Positions 28,851 to 42,000 of a stretch of 64,000 nucleotides of DNA are shown in pieces (positions within the stretch are counted from its first letter, which is position 1; each line of letters starts with the position of its first letter). Source of the stretch: Camelus dromedarius (Eukaryota). The translations under genes and the position numbers were made by a program. The stretch spans positions 1,860,001 to 1,924,000 of the forward strand of contig NC_087437.1 in the NCBI RefSeq assembly GCF_036321535.1. Direction: 5' to 3'. The notes under the pieces were generated by a model that worked only from the letters and a program-made list of their open reading frames with translations, was not told the origin of the DNA and searched no databases.

Positions 28851-29402
28851 ACAGTGTATGTGTGTGTGTGTGTGTCTGTGATTTCTCATTATTTGTAGAT
28901 TCTTTTGCTTTTTCTATATGGAAAATCACATTGTCTGCAAATAGTCATATTTTGTTTTTCCACTTGTTTTACTGCACTTGCTTGTACTCCAGAGCAATGT
29001 TAATTAGCAGTGCTAAGAGTAGCCACTCCTGTTTCATCCCTAATGTTAAAGGCACTGCTTTCCATAAATTTTCCACTAAACCTAGCTTGCTAAGGTTTTA
29101 TCATGAATGGTTGATGAATTTCATCAAATGTTTATCTGAATCTTCTGTGATCACAAGGTTTTCCTCCTTTAAATGCTGATTTACATAACACATTTTATAA
29201 TATTAAATCAATCACTCCAGAAATAAATGCTATTTGGTCATTGCTGGCTCTAGTTAGCAAATACTTTATTTCAGATTCTTGCCTTTAGATTCATGGATCA
29301 GACTGCTCTGAGGCTTTCCTTCCAACTAAATGTCCTTGTCCATGTCTGGAATCAAGACTATATTAGCTTCATGGGTGAGAAGTGTTCTCTCTTTTCCCAT
29401 TC

Positions 29403-29492
29403 TTTTGTATTTTTCACATTCTTTAAAATGGAGATTTGGGGGATTAGACCCAAGGAAGACCTGGTGCACACCAGGCATGCACTCTTACCACT
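29403..29492 (-). mobile_element. Degenerate, 5'-truncated Vic-1-like tRNA-derived SINE
   Basis: 'ggagatttgggggattagacccaagg...cctggtgcacaccaggcatgcactcttaccact' aligns by eye with the SINE at 55980-56037. It is preceded by a T-rich tail. Confidence 0.65.
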
Positions 29493-32400
29493 TCTTCAAA
29501 AGAGCTTGTGTGAACTTCGAACTGTCTGTACCTTGAATATATACTAGAAACAACTTGTGAAAACATCTGGGACTGGTGTTTAGTGGAAAGATTTTTAACT
29601 ACTGACTCAAATTCTTTACAATTATAGGACCTTCCAGGTGTTTATTACTTCTTAAATCAGCTTTAATAATTTAAACTTTTCTAGGAATTCTTCAACTTCA
29701 CAGATGTTTTTAAATATTTGACATGAACTTGATCATAATACTCCTTTAAAACTTAATCTCTGCTCATCAGTATTTATGACCTTTATTCATCCTGATATTG
29801 TTTGTGATTTCTCTCTTTTTTGGATCTGTCAAAAGTTTGAGCAGATTTGCCTTTGAAAATTTTGTGGGTTTGTTTTTTATTTTATTTATTCCTACTCATT
29901 TCTTTACTTTCCTTCTACTGTTTTTGGGTTTATTCAGTTATTTCTTCTTTTCTAGCTTCTAAAGATGGACACACAGCTAATTTCTTGCCAGTCGTTCTTC
30001 TTTCCCAATATAAGCATTTAAAGCTACAAATGTCACTCTAAGATCTACTTTAGCCATGTCTACCAAGTTTTCATAGTCTTCCTATGTTCATTATCATTCA
30101 ACTTCAACTATTTTGATTCCATAATGATATTTTCTTTGAACCATAGGCCTTTTTTTGTTGTTAACTTCCAAATAGATGAGGTTCCTTTTTAAGTTTATCT
30201 TTTTGCTGTTAATTTCAATTTTAGAGGGATTGTGGCTAGGGACTTTGAAATGTGTAAGCTTGATTTATGACCATTAAGTAATTAATTTTTTAACTGGTGC
30301 TTAAAAAACTGATTTCCAGTGGCTAGGTGCTATTCATACACATACACATCTGAACACATACAGACATGTGTACACATATGTGTATGTATTTGTCTCAGTG
30401 GGTGAATGTAATTGTGCTATTCAAATCATCAATGTCCTTGATGTTCTTACTGCATCTATCAATTGCTGAAGGTAAAACATTATCTTTATACTTTAAAACA
30501 TTATCAAACATCTTCTTAAAGCAGTCAATTTTGGCTTCGTATATGATTAGGTGCCTACAAATTTAGAATCAGAGCTCCCTGTTTCACTGAAACTTCCACC
30601 AGTATGTTGAAACTCTCTAATAAATTATTTTTGCCCTTAAGGCTAGTTTGTCCTGATGGAGTCCCATCCACCTGACCACTCAGGACTCCAGCATACTGAC
30701 CTAGTTAAGTAATAAAATGAACTCCAAGCCACTTATCAGGTAGACAGACTCTACAGCTTGATCACAATCTATCCACCATCTCTGAAGGGTGAAATGCCAC
30801 TTCTCTTTCAGCTTTCCCCTTACCTCCATGCTCTATAATTTGCTTTTTTCTTTATCTCTCCATGACTTAAGTGCCTCTTAGATTAAGTCGTTCAGACACA
30901 GGCTAGTCACTGGCCAGCTCAAGACCCAAAATAAGCCTCTTGAAGCCACATGTAGTTCTGTGATCTTAGTTGAAACACTACCAAAAAGCCTTTTTCACTC
31001 AACATATTTTCAGGCCAGCAAAAGACAAAGAAATGTAAAAACTTCTCCAAAATGTCAACAGGACAGATGACATGGGTTCTTTCCATTCCATAATCTTGAA
31101 AATCACAACTACCTGACCTTGAGGGGAAAACCTGTCCCCATGGACTTATAAACCCCCTGCAGTCTCTTCCTCGGGGTATGAAATGTGATGCTGCCAGGCC
31201 TCCAGGAAGAATCCAAAAGAGAGAAAGATAACTGATCTCTGAACAGAAATGGACTTTCTGGCCACATGTGGCAAAACAGAAATTGGCCTTTTGGGGTTGA
31301 GGGTGAGGCTGACCCTTAGCTTGTGTTGCCCCCTCATAAGAGGGAGGAGGAGGAGAGGAAAAGGATGGAGAAGAAGAAGGACATTTGCTAAAGCAGAAAA
31401 GTTTAAGTCAAATTCATCTCAACTCCTTTCAGAAAGTTTTTTTCAATGATGCCTGGTTTTCCCCACCATCCATCCCTCATCCAGATAAGCGTGCAATAGC
31501 GGTCCTCGTTCTCGTCAGAGGTTCTCAGTATGTGCTTTTTCCTCCATGAAGAGGCTTCCTGACCCTCCCTCTAAATTCTGCACTCAGGGTGACATCTATT
31601 TCTTTAATTGTCTTCATGGCACATCACTTCTAGAATCATCCTATTTATTCTTTTGAAAAATTTGATTATTTGTCCCATCAGCAAGGAGACACTCCATGTG
31701 ATTGGGGACCTCTTTGAGTCCCAGAGCCTGGCTTTTGTAGTCACTAAATAGATTACTGTCCAAACAGCCAATGAATGGATGGATGAACCCATCCACCCAG
31801 CCCAGCTGACTGCCTGAATGGACAGACACCCAGTCATAATAGCTTTCGGTGAGTAAAGGAACCACAGTGCCACTGTTGTTTTGTATTTTTCTTTTTCATT
31901 CTCAAACAAAACTATGAAGTTATAACCTAGAAAAACAGAACCAAAAGAATCTATCCCATCTATCTGTTCCATTAAGGGAACATCCTCTCCCTCCCTTGAA
32001 AAATGGTGACTTTAAGGAGGAAACCTTAGCATTCTTGCTTAAGGAAAGCATTTGGATGGGTTGAAATTTGGGTGACGCTGACAAGGACTCCTCAGGAAAA
32101 AAAATTACACACTCTGCCTATGGTTTAAAATCAAAGCAAACTTAGAATCAAACATTTTCTTATTCTGTACAATGTGTGTTTAAGAAGATACAGCCAAAGA
32201 AATGGAATTGACATGAAGACATTTCATTTCTCTTGCATCAACTTAGCTTGCTGTCTGTGAATTTCAGATAAAACAGTCTGGGCTTTCAGATCTTGTGGCT
32301 TATGGGGAAGGGGGAATGGAAGTAGAGTCAAAGGCTAATGGTGGAGAGAAAGAGAAAACAGAGAATCGAGAGAGAAGGAAAGAGGAAGAAAGAGAAAGCT

Positions 32401-34260
32401 AGAAGTAGATGCAGAGACTCCGATGGAGCGACGGAGCGAGTATGCTAAGGAATGTGCTCCCGACCAGCCTGGGGAGGAAAGGGAAAGACACTGATACCTT
32501 CGAGATTTGTCTGTCTCTCTTTTTAAGTCCTGGGAAGAACAGATAAGGAGGTAAGAAGGAAGCTGAAAGAGGAGAGGAGGAAGGAAGTTGTAAAACATTT
32601 CAAATACATTAAGTGGAGGGAGGATTCCTGCTCTCTCGCTGAGGTTTCTTTCATTGACTGACACCAGCTCCAGCCAAAAGCTCCAGCTTAGCACTGCCCA
32701 CATCCTTTCTCTGCCCCGTGACAGCTCCCTGCATGTATCTCCCAGGCTCCATTGGCCTGAAAGCAGACAGACATTTACCATATCCCACAGACCCCCACCC
32801 CTGGCCTTCTGCCTGGTGAGCCTTCTACAACAGTATCTGGAGGCAGATGAAAATAACATTTGCTTCAAGTAGAGAAAAGCAAAGGCTGCAAATTCACAAG
32901 GAGCTAGACAAACACTTCAAGGTCCACCCGCCATTGTGGACATTCAATAGCACTTAACCTATTCCGCAAACAGAGCGTGCATCTCAGTCCTGCTCTCCTT
33001 GAAGAAGGCTGAGTTGTATACTCATCTTTGAAGTCCCAGCCTCTCCACCCTGCTGGGCTCACAAGGAAAAGGGGCAATGCCTGACTCACACTGTGGATAC
33101 AGTTTTCTCTGTGATGCGCAGTTGGCATCATAATGTGTCTGTACACAAACTGTCTCAAACTATGACAGATATTTCAATGTGTGCAAACAAAATTTCCCTA
33201 TTACATACACACACTCCAGCAAGTGTTAACTCAAAATTTTATTTGAAGGGGTGTTGGAAAAGCATTTTCACAGGGATATAGATCAAGCATGACTTTACTG
33301 GAACTCAGATCAGATCCTTCTGGTTTTTAACACCTACATATAAACTGTAAGGGAAACACTCCTTGGGCTGGCAGAAGGCATGGGCATTGGTTTCTGTGCT
33401 GTCTTGCCCAAGGGCCATTTTTTCAACACTACCCTCTTTCTTCTGCTTAGAATGTAGAAGCAGGATTTCCATGGAATGAATGGAACCCAAATGAATTTCC
33501 CAAAGGGGGAAAAATAAAAAAGCCTCTGGATTTTGACATAGTGTGGTGAGTAGAGGTCAGAAGAAAAAAAGGAGGGTCATTCAAACAGGGATACCCAAGA
33601 GGCCAACAAATGTGTCTCATTTTTTGAGCATTACACATTGTAAGGAGGGAGAGGTTTGTCAGACACTGATTTATGCACCAGACCACCTAATATAACAACT
33701 TGTGACTTTGTTAGGAGAACGAAACCCAACAAGCCTGCTTCCAATCATGCAGGGACTAACTGTCCTGGTGTGAAATGCCCCAATCCTTTTCCCTGTTGAG
33801 TACTTTGTACAATTACATCATCCTGAGGGGAGCACAGAAGAGGAAAGAATGTAAGGTTTTAAAATATCGGTTTGGGGAGCAAGGAAGAAAATCCACCAGC
33901 TAGAGTGGGAGTTACAGGCAGAGGATTTACAGCTATCCACAGTGCCCTGATCCCTTCCTTGCACCAGAGGGAAGACTTCCTCACCCTTATTAGGAAGGAA
34001 AAAGGCCTTGGAGTGGGGGGGGACCAGAGATTATGATATTTAAAGGAAGGAAATCCTTCCATAAAAGAGGCCCAAGAAGGACTCCATTTACCCTGATGAC
34101 TGGGAATTCCTGAGGCCCTTTGCATTGCCTAAGTTGGGATAAAGAATCTTCTTCGTGAAAAATACACTGGCTAATGATATGTTACCTTCTTAAAACAATG
34201 TTTAATTACTTAGAACTAAGAATGAATATATTCTTTCAAATGTTCCTACAGTCAGAATTA

Positions 34261-34740
34261 CAGGCATACCTCACTTTATTGCACTTTGCTTTACTGCGTT
34301 TCACAGATACTGCGATTTTTACTAATTGAAGGTTTGGGGCAACTTTGCATCAAGCAAGTCTATTGGCCTCACATTTCCAACAACATTTACTCACTTCCTG
34401 CCTCTGTTGCACATTTTTCAAATTTTTTCACTGTTATTACATGTGTTTGGTGATCTGTGATCAGTGATCTTTGATGTAACTACTAGGACTCACTGAGAGC
34501 TCAGATGATGGTTAGCATTTTTTTCTTTTTTTTTTTTTGCAGTAAAGCATTTCGTAATTAAGGTATATACATTGCTTTTTTAAACTTAATGCTATGGCAC
34601 ACTTAACAGACTACAGTTTAGTGTAAACATAACTTTTACAGCACTGGGAAACCAAAAATCTGTGTGACTCACTTTATTGTGATATTTGCCTTATTGCTGT
34701 GGTCTGGAACCAAATCCACAACATCTCTGAGGTCTGCTTG
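34261..34740 (+). mobile_element. Internally deleted Tigger1 (TcMar-Tigger) DNA transposon
   Basis: Left TIR 'caggcatacctc' follows a TA. Right end is 'gaggtctgcttg'. Both subterminal regions are retained and the transposase is absent. 480 bp. Confidence 0.92.
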
Positions 34741-34759
34741 AACACAGGATTAAACTGTA

Positions 34760-36080
34760 TGTATTGTTCTGTCTGTAGTTTTTCACACAGAAATATACCT
34801 TATAAATCTTCCCTTGTGAGCACTGTAAGTCTGCTCTTCTTCTACTAGTCTTCTACCTTATTCTCTTTACTGCTGCACACTATTATATAATAGTGGCTGT
34901 ATCAGAAAGGAGCATAGTTTATTTCCCTAACCATGTTACCTTCTATGTTTAAATGGCTTCTAATTTTTTGCCATTACAAATAATACTGCGTTGATTGATG
35001 CTTCTCTGTACACGAGGGAAGAATCCCCTTGGAAAGAAACGTAGAAGTGGAAGTGATGGTTCAAAGTATATCGACATTTTCTCTGTTGATATATACTTCC
35101 AAATTGACCTCCAAAAGACTACTGCATTTTATGCTCCTTCAACATTGAAAGCAAAACAATTTTTTTTTTAATTTCCAATCTAATGGGTAAAACATGATCT
35201 ATCATCATTACTTTGATCTTTGTACTTTATTTACTTCTTAAGCACCTTTTCACATGTAAATTGTTCACTTTATTTAGACTGTTTATATTTTTGCCTGTCT
35301 TTCTACTTTTTTATTTCTCTTATTTATTTGTATGGGCTCTTTATATATTGTGAATTTTAATCTTTACCTACTAGTTAGCTTGCAAATATTTCACCCTAGA
35401 CTGTTGCTCACATTTTATATATTTCACTGTATTAAAGCTTAAAATGTTTAATGTACCATTAAAAAAAAAACTTTATCCTATATGGTTTCTGGGTTTTATA
35501 TCTTCCTTAAAAGAGGTATTACCCACCTAAAAATTACAAAAAAAAAAAAAAAGTTTTGCTATTCTTCTAATACTTCACAGATTTTTCTCTAGATTTAGTT
35601 CTTTAATCCATATGAAGCATGTATTTATATTTACAGTGAGACTGAAATTTTCTTTTCTTCTCATTATCCTGACATTATTAAGTAGGTCCTCAGTTGCCCA
35701 TAACTTGAAGTGTTTTCTTTGTTGTAAATACTAAATTCCTATGTAAATATACATGGATGTATTTATAGACTCTTTGTTCCACAGATTCATTTCTCTATTC
35801 TTGTGTTAAGAACACACTGTTCTAATTACTGTCATTTTAAAGTATCTTTTGACATAAAACAGGATAAATCTCCTATCACTGTTAACCTTTTTTCAACGAA
35901 TTTTTTTTGATCTGTGCATTTTCTAGTCTATATAAACTTGCAGATCAGCTTGTGAAGTTCCATTAAATATCCCCCTTGCAATTTTTCTTAGGATTGCATT
36001 GAATTAATGGATTATATGGCAAAGAACTGACACCTTCACAATTTTGAGTCTACTGCAAACCTGGTATGTGTCTGCATATT
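34760..36080 (-). mobile_element. Ancient antisense LINE-1 (L1ME-like)
   Basis: 'tatacttccaaattgacctccaaaa' and 'aaacttgcagatcagcttgtgaagttcc...ggattgcattgaatt'. Confidence 0.7.
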
Positions 36081-39000
36081 TATTTGTTTGGCTACAGTAT
36101 CGGAAACATTTGCCTCATTTGGAAAGCCTATTGGCTGTTTGTGATTGGCTATTCTTGGGCTTCCCATTCTTAATTCTGGCATGAAAGGCTTAGGTCTCAC
36201 TTTGCTCACTTAGGCTCCTGGCACAGGAGCCACCTCAGTCTCATGGCTCCTTGTTTAACTAAGGTAGCAGTACTGTTCATCTCCACATGAAAAGCTCCAG
36301 GAAGAAATATTAATGAATAAGTTTAATAACCAAGACAAATGGATACATAGGTCAGAAAGTTTAAAAGAAAAGGAAAATGTTTAGAAAACCTTCTTGAATA
36401 TATTTTCAACCACATTTCTAGTGTCTTCTACACAAAGTCACACGGGGGAAATTTTTTCACTACTGAAAGCCTGTGTTTTCCCTGTGGTCATATGGTTTTT
36501 CCTCACAAAGAATCAAAAATAAGCAACTGCCATGTTTCTTCCCCCAACCCACTTTTTCTCTGCATTTGTTGCCAGAAAGTTTAGCGTTAACTTGCTCGGT
36601 CAACCACAGTGACTTCAATATTCTGATTCTTCTCTCCCCACCTACTGAGGCAGAATTTGCTTTCTTTATGTTTTTAATTTGTATTGGCTATAAGCTGCTT
36701 GATCTCCTAAGAAGCAAGGCACAGAAAGAAGAGAAGAAAATATTTCTAAGTCATCGAGGACACCAGTTGGTATAAAACAGATTTGAAGGCGGCCTTTCTT
36801 TTGAACTGCTGAGACCTCCAAGGACAAGGTCACTCAGCTCTACCTCTTTTCCCAAGGTTACTTCTGCCTTTTCAGCCAGTAGCTAAATTGTCATCAAGGC
36901 ACAAATGAGAGACAGGTCCTGAATCCTTCCATCACGTAGGCAGTTTTTTCTGGAGTTGTTTTTTTGTTTGTTTGTTTTTCTTGAGTGTTTGAAAGGAAGA
37001 AAAAAGTGAGGAGGAACCTTCTGTCAAAGACCCAAAACAGTTTTAAAGTTGCGTGCTCAAGGCAAACTGCTTCTCTGTTCTGCTTATATGTTTTGGCCCC
37101 ACAATTTTGAGTGACTCAGATGTCAAAAGACAATTCCGTTCTGGAAGAGGAGCCCCCACGGGTTGTTGCTCTAATTTAGCAGATCTTCAAACTGTGAGGC
37201 CCAGATGACACAAAATACCAAAGAAGCTGGGATTTTAACCTAAACTACAGGTTTACATTTTTTTTCCATTTCTCTGCTTTTCCTTCCCTGTCTCCACCCC
37301 CGCCATCCACACCCCACACCCTCCAACTAAGCTTTTCTATTGCAAATGACCTGGGACGGGATTTGAATAAAAGCCAAAGCTATTTCCTCTGCTCCTAGAC
37401 CTGCAGACGACTGCACCCTAGTTTAGATACGCTGAACGCTTATTACCAATTGTGAAATAAATAAGCTTATCTGATGCATGTAATTTGAGTAAAAGAAAAT
37501 TGCAAAGTAATGGGTAAAAATAAAGAGGCTCATTGTGCCTCTGTGAAGGAAATTACCAGAAGAACAACTGACCTTTAGATTTTTATATGATTAAGCTTGA
37601 ACAAGAGAACAATAACATAGGAATTTACACACTTCTTCCCCCATCCCTATGCCTCCATCCCCCTACCCCTCCCCAGCCAAAAGTGATCAGGACAACTTTT
37701 GCAACAGATTTTTGACCCTTGAATAATTCAGAACCTAGAGTCTACCAGAAACAGAGACAGAAATGATTCTTTGACTAGAAAAATTTCTAGAAGAGTCAAC
37801 TGACAAAATTTCAACCCAAGTAGCTGAAAGAGAACTCTTCCATCAGATTTATCGAATGTCATTCATTGTTACTTAAAACAGACTCTTGCTTTTGGTTCTG
37901 AAGCTGGGTGAGAGTGCTTTTTCCTTTTTCACAACTGATGACATTAGAAATGGCATGAGAAGGGAGAATATCCTCCTTGTCATTTTCATAATCCATATTT
38001 AAACTCCCACCTTAATAAAGTCCCTTTTACCCCCCTCAGCATCTTTATTCTTTAATAGCATTTCAGCTGACTACAAAAGTAATGTATGTAGACACTGTAG
38101 ATATTTTGGGAAACACTGAAAATCATAGGGAAGAACAATTTAAATCATGCACTTTTCCAGCACCCATCAATAACCACTATTAATATTTTAATGAGTCTTC
38201 TAGCCTGTACTTCTCAATGTACATAGTCATATTCTTCACAAAAGTGAGAACATGCCACTTTTGCTTTGTCATAAACAGTTAAAAATCCTCACCATCTTGG
38301 TTGCAATGAGATTTCATCCCATGATGTACCATAATTTTTTCAACCTACCTCCTCTTATTTGGGTTTTTCTTGGTGGCTCTTTAAAGCATGGAGTTCACCG
38401 CTAAAGATGTGAATGACATAAAATGTATCTTAACTCACCCCAAGTGACATTTCCATCTCTGAGACCAAGAATCCTCCTGGGGCACACACCTGATGGGAAA
38501 AATGGACAGGAAAACATTTTACACACTGTCTGGGGAGCTGGGTAAACTAGACAGTAGTGTCATTACTAAAATGTCAACAGCTCATTGGCTAAATATACTG
38601 GGAAAAAAACCTACCAAAGAGGAAAAAAATTATATATTCTCTATGAAAGTACTCTTTCTCCTTTTCTCTAAAAAAAACACAAAAAGTGCAAGGAAAGATC
38701 ATTTGAACCTTTATATCCCTTTTTGATGCAATGAACTCCAACATCTGCATGTCCCCCTCGAAGGTCACCTCCACCATAAAACTCCTACCCCAGCCATTTC
38801 TCCATCCTGTTCTGCCTTCATTGGATCTGCTTCTGTTCATGGCAGCCATCAGTTTCTGTAGCATTAAGGTGACTTTAAACAACCCCACTTTACCTCTCAC
38901 CCATTTCCTTTCCACAAGGGTCTCTGTCTGATTCAACTTGGTATCTCCACGCAGTAGGCACTCAATAAATACTTGTTGAATGATTCTTTCAAGGCACCTC

Positions 39001-42000
39001 AGTGAGGGTCCTGGGTGCTTCTTCTGCATTTAGGTCTCTCACAGGCTGGAGGCCACAGTTTAACAAAGCCAGGGCAAGGTCAGGGGAGCCAGAGAAGGCA
39101 GCTTTCAAGTTGAGTAATGAAAAGCGATGTTAATTACCAACATGGGCCATTTAGAAGGAAGAAAAATGCTATCTCTTATTAATTTTGCTGAAATGGACAC
39201 ACTCTTGTCAGGGGCTAATGATTAACAAAGCCGACCTTTTCTGAAGACAGAGCAGGAAAATCTCAGAAAAGAACCTGGGGGCCACAGTGCAGAAATGAAC
39301 TTCCTGCCCCCACATGTCTGTGTCAACCTGAGATAACATGCCTTACTTTTGTTTGGGCTTTTTGTTCCTGTATAAAATTAGACAGAAAGCCATCAATGAG
39401 AGGTTAAAAAGTTCATTTGTACCAAGATGTTCAGTACGGGCTTGCTTATAGGGACCCTCAGTCACAAACAGTCTCCTGCTAAGGACCCAGGAATCGAGTT
39501 TACATTTTAGTGGTGGAAGAGGGGGTCAGAAAAGAAATCAGCTTGTGGAAAGGGAATTCCTCCTCCTGTTAGTGGGAAATACTAATTTAATCAAGAAAGG
39601 GTTTGTGGACCTAGCACTGTCCCAGGGATTTTAGCATCCCAGGTAATCCTGGGTGGACACATTCATAAGTGCTTCTCAAATGCTCCCCTTGCTTTCAATC
39701 TGCATGCTGGCTTTGGCACTTGTGAACTTCAAGTGGACCTATTTAAGCTGATCAGAGGAAACAGGCTGACAGTGAGCTGATCAGAAACCTCTTAGAGGAC
39801 CTACTTTAAAGAGGGAAAGGAGTTCTGAATTTTTCTCATCAGCTTTGTAGAGAGAGAGCGGGTAATGAAGAGAGGTCGGGGTGGGGGTCAGGGGAGGAAA
39901 GCGACCATTTTCAAACATGAAGGAAAACCACCTCCTCGCCAGACCTTTGCCAACCTTCCTGTTCTTGTCAAGCTCTGCTTTGAGGGAGTGTTTGAAGATA
40001 ACAGGAAAGGAAATAATGAAATGATATGGCCAGGCTGAGAGAGACTTACAGAGACAAGTGAAAGCTGTTTCCTTGACCCGGGCTTATCTCCAGCCTGCCA
40101 AAAAAGCACCATCTATCAGAGACCCATATAAAGGCTAGAGACCTTGGAGTGAAATCCTTCTTTTAACAATAAAACAATGATATCTGAATTTGTTTAGAAA
40201 ACAGCATTACAGCTGTACTTGGCAGCCTTTTCCACAACACACAGAAAGTGTGCTTTGGTCTCCAGGAATGGAGAGGTGGGGAGGGTGATTCCTTTCAAAA
40301 AGCTGAATGTTTATGAGGAGTGAGGACTTCCATTTGAGAAATGTTATAAACATATTAATGTTCAGGGGAAACATTTCAAAACCTCAGGGGCATGGAAGGG
40401 GGCAGAACAGGGGTTGCTGACAATGAGGTATGTGCAGAAAAAGATTCCACTACAAATTCTAAATAAATAAGTTGCCACTTTGCCATCCACAGAGCCTTTA
40501 TCAGCAACAAAAAGTCCAGGTTAAGGATTTGCTTTCCAAACTGATAGCCTACAGTTGACCCAAAATCAAGCAGACAATTGGGGGCTGGGGGAGACTGGGG
40601 CCCAATGGCAGAATCCTGAAAATCTGACCCTCTTTGAAATGCTCACAGAGCCTCTGGGCTGCGGCCTGTAAGGACAGAACAGCAGTTTAGATTCCAGACC
40701 TTAAACTGAAAATGAAGTTTACAAATTAGCTCTGAATAAATGTTATCCTTCCAGGGAAGAGCTGCAGCCCCAACTGAAGCCAAATTCAAAAAAGACACAA
40801 TTCAGCTCCTCTGTACACAGAACCAAATGAAGCTGCCCTAAAACTGGCATATTTCTCTCACTCTATCAAAATAGCATGGTGATGTCATGCTTTTCATCGT
40901 CCCCCAAAACCAAACACCTATTATTCCTGAAAACAGCTTGATATCTTCTAAGGGGAAAAAGGGAGAACTCAAAATATAAAGAAAAAAATTTTAAGTTTAA
41001 ACCAGCAAGTAGTAAAAGTCAATCTTTTCTTTCCTGTTTACTCATCTCTCTGACTGTGTGTGCACGTGTGTTACAAAATCCCTCTGAAAATTGTACAAGA
41101 AGGAAAAACCGTCTCCAAAATAATTTATGTAGTCTTATTCTGAAGCTTTCTCATTTTTGTAAATTTCCCCTTTATTCTTCTCCAATGAATGTACTGGAGT
41201 CTGGATTAACCAGGTTCTTGTCTTGGAGCCCTTTGAAAAATGCAAGTGCATTTGGCAGGAAGAGGAACAAAGAAATCCACTGAGTATCAGGGACCTGGGC
41301 CAATGGCTGTCCGTGCTGTTTGGGTCCATGGTGTCAGGACACCTGTAAGGCACTGGACTTGCTGGGGACCTGTTAAATCATTTAAGTAAGGCCCAGTCAT
41401 CTGTTTCATTCAAGAGGAACTCAGGTGACCCGGGGATGCAGTCAGCATTGGGGACGCTGATCAGATGGTGTGAAGACCAGTTCCACAGAGCAAGCTCGCA
41501 TGTCCCTCCCCCCACACCTAGAAGCTGCACCTCGTCCCAGCTCTTAGACACAGCAGAGGCCAGATATTCTGACAGGTTCACTGTTTCAGACCCCACCCCT
41601 ACTTAAAATAGCTTAGCATCCTCTCCCACTTCCTTTGTTTCTCATAAATTGCTATAGATTGTCTTTGATCTCAGAGGAGAGCTCCCTATAAAAAAAAAGC
41701 AAAGTAACTGAGATGGAGAAAAACTTTACCCAAGAATCCAGTCCGATGGGTTAGAAGGACCCCTCCCAGAGATGAAAGATTTAGGTCAATGACCCTTGAC
41801 TAGAGACAAGCAGAGGGAAAGGAAGGGGGAATCACTTTGAAATGATACCCACAGCCCAACTTACCCTCTGGTTATGAAGACTGTTATTTGCCTGATGGTC
41901 AAGTTAGAGAAAACCCAAGTCAAAAAAGGTGATTTCTAATAATAAAAGATCTTAACTTTGTCAAGTCCTTCTACTTCTCCATTTTTATAACTAATTCCAT

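Larger units (their letters stand above)
25600..30660 (-). mobile_element. Ancient antisense LINE-1 fragments (L1ME/MC-like) with later insertions
   Basis: T-rich antisense L1 hallmarks: 'aaagatattcttctatgttttcttctaag', 'aaattttagaatctgctagtcaagtcccacaaaaa', 'ttgatgaatttcatcaaatg'. Confidence 0.75.

Noticed and set aside
32335..32868. 177-aa ORF
   Set aside because: No recognisable homology. It runs through a purine-rich low-complexity tract and has no supporting gene structure.
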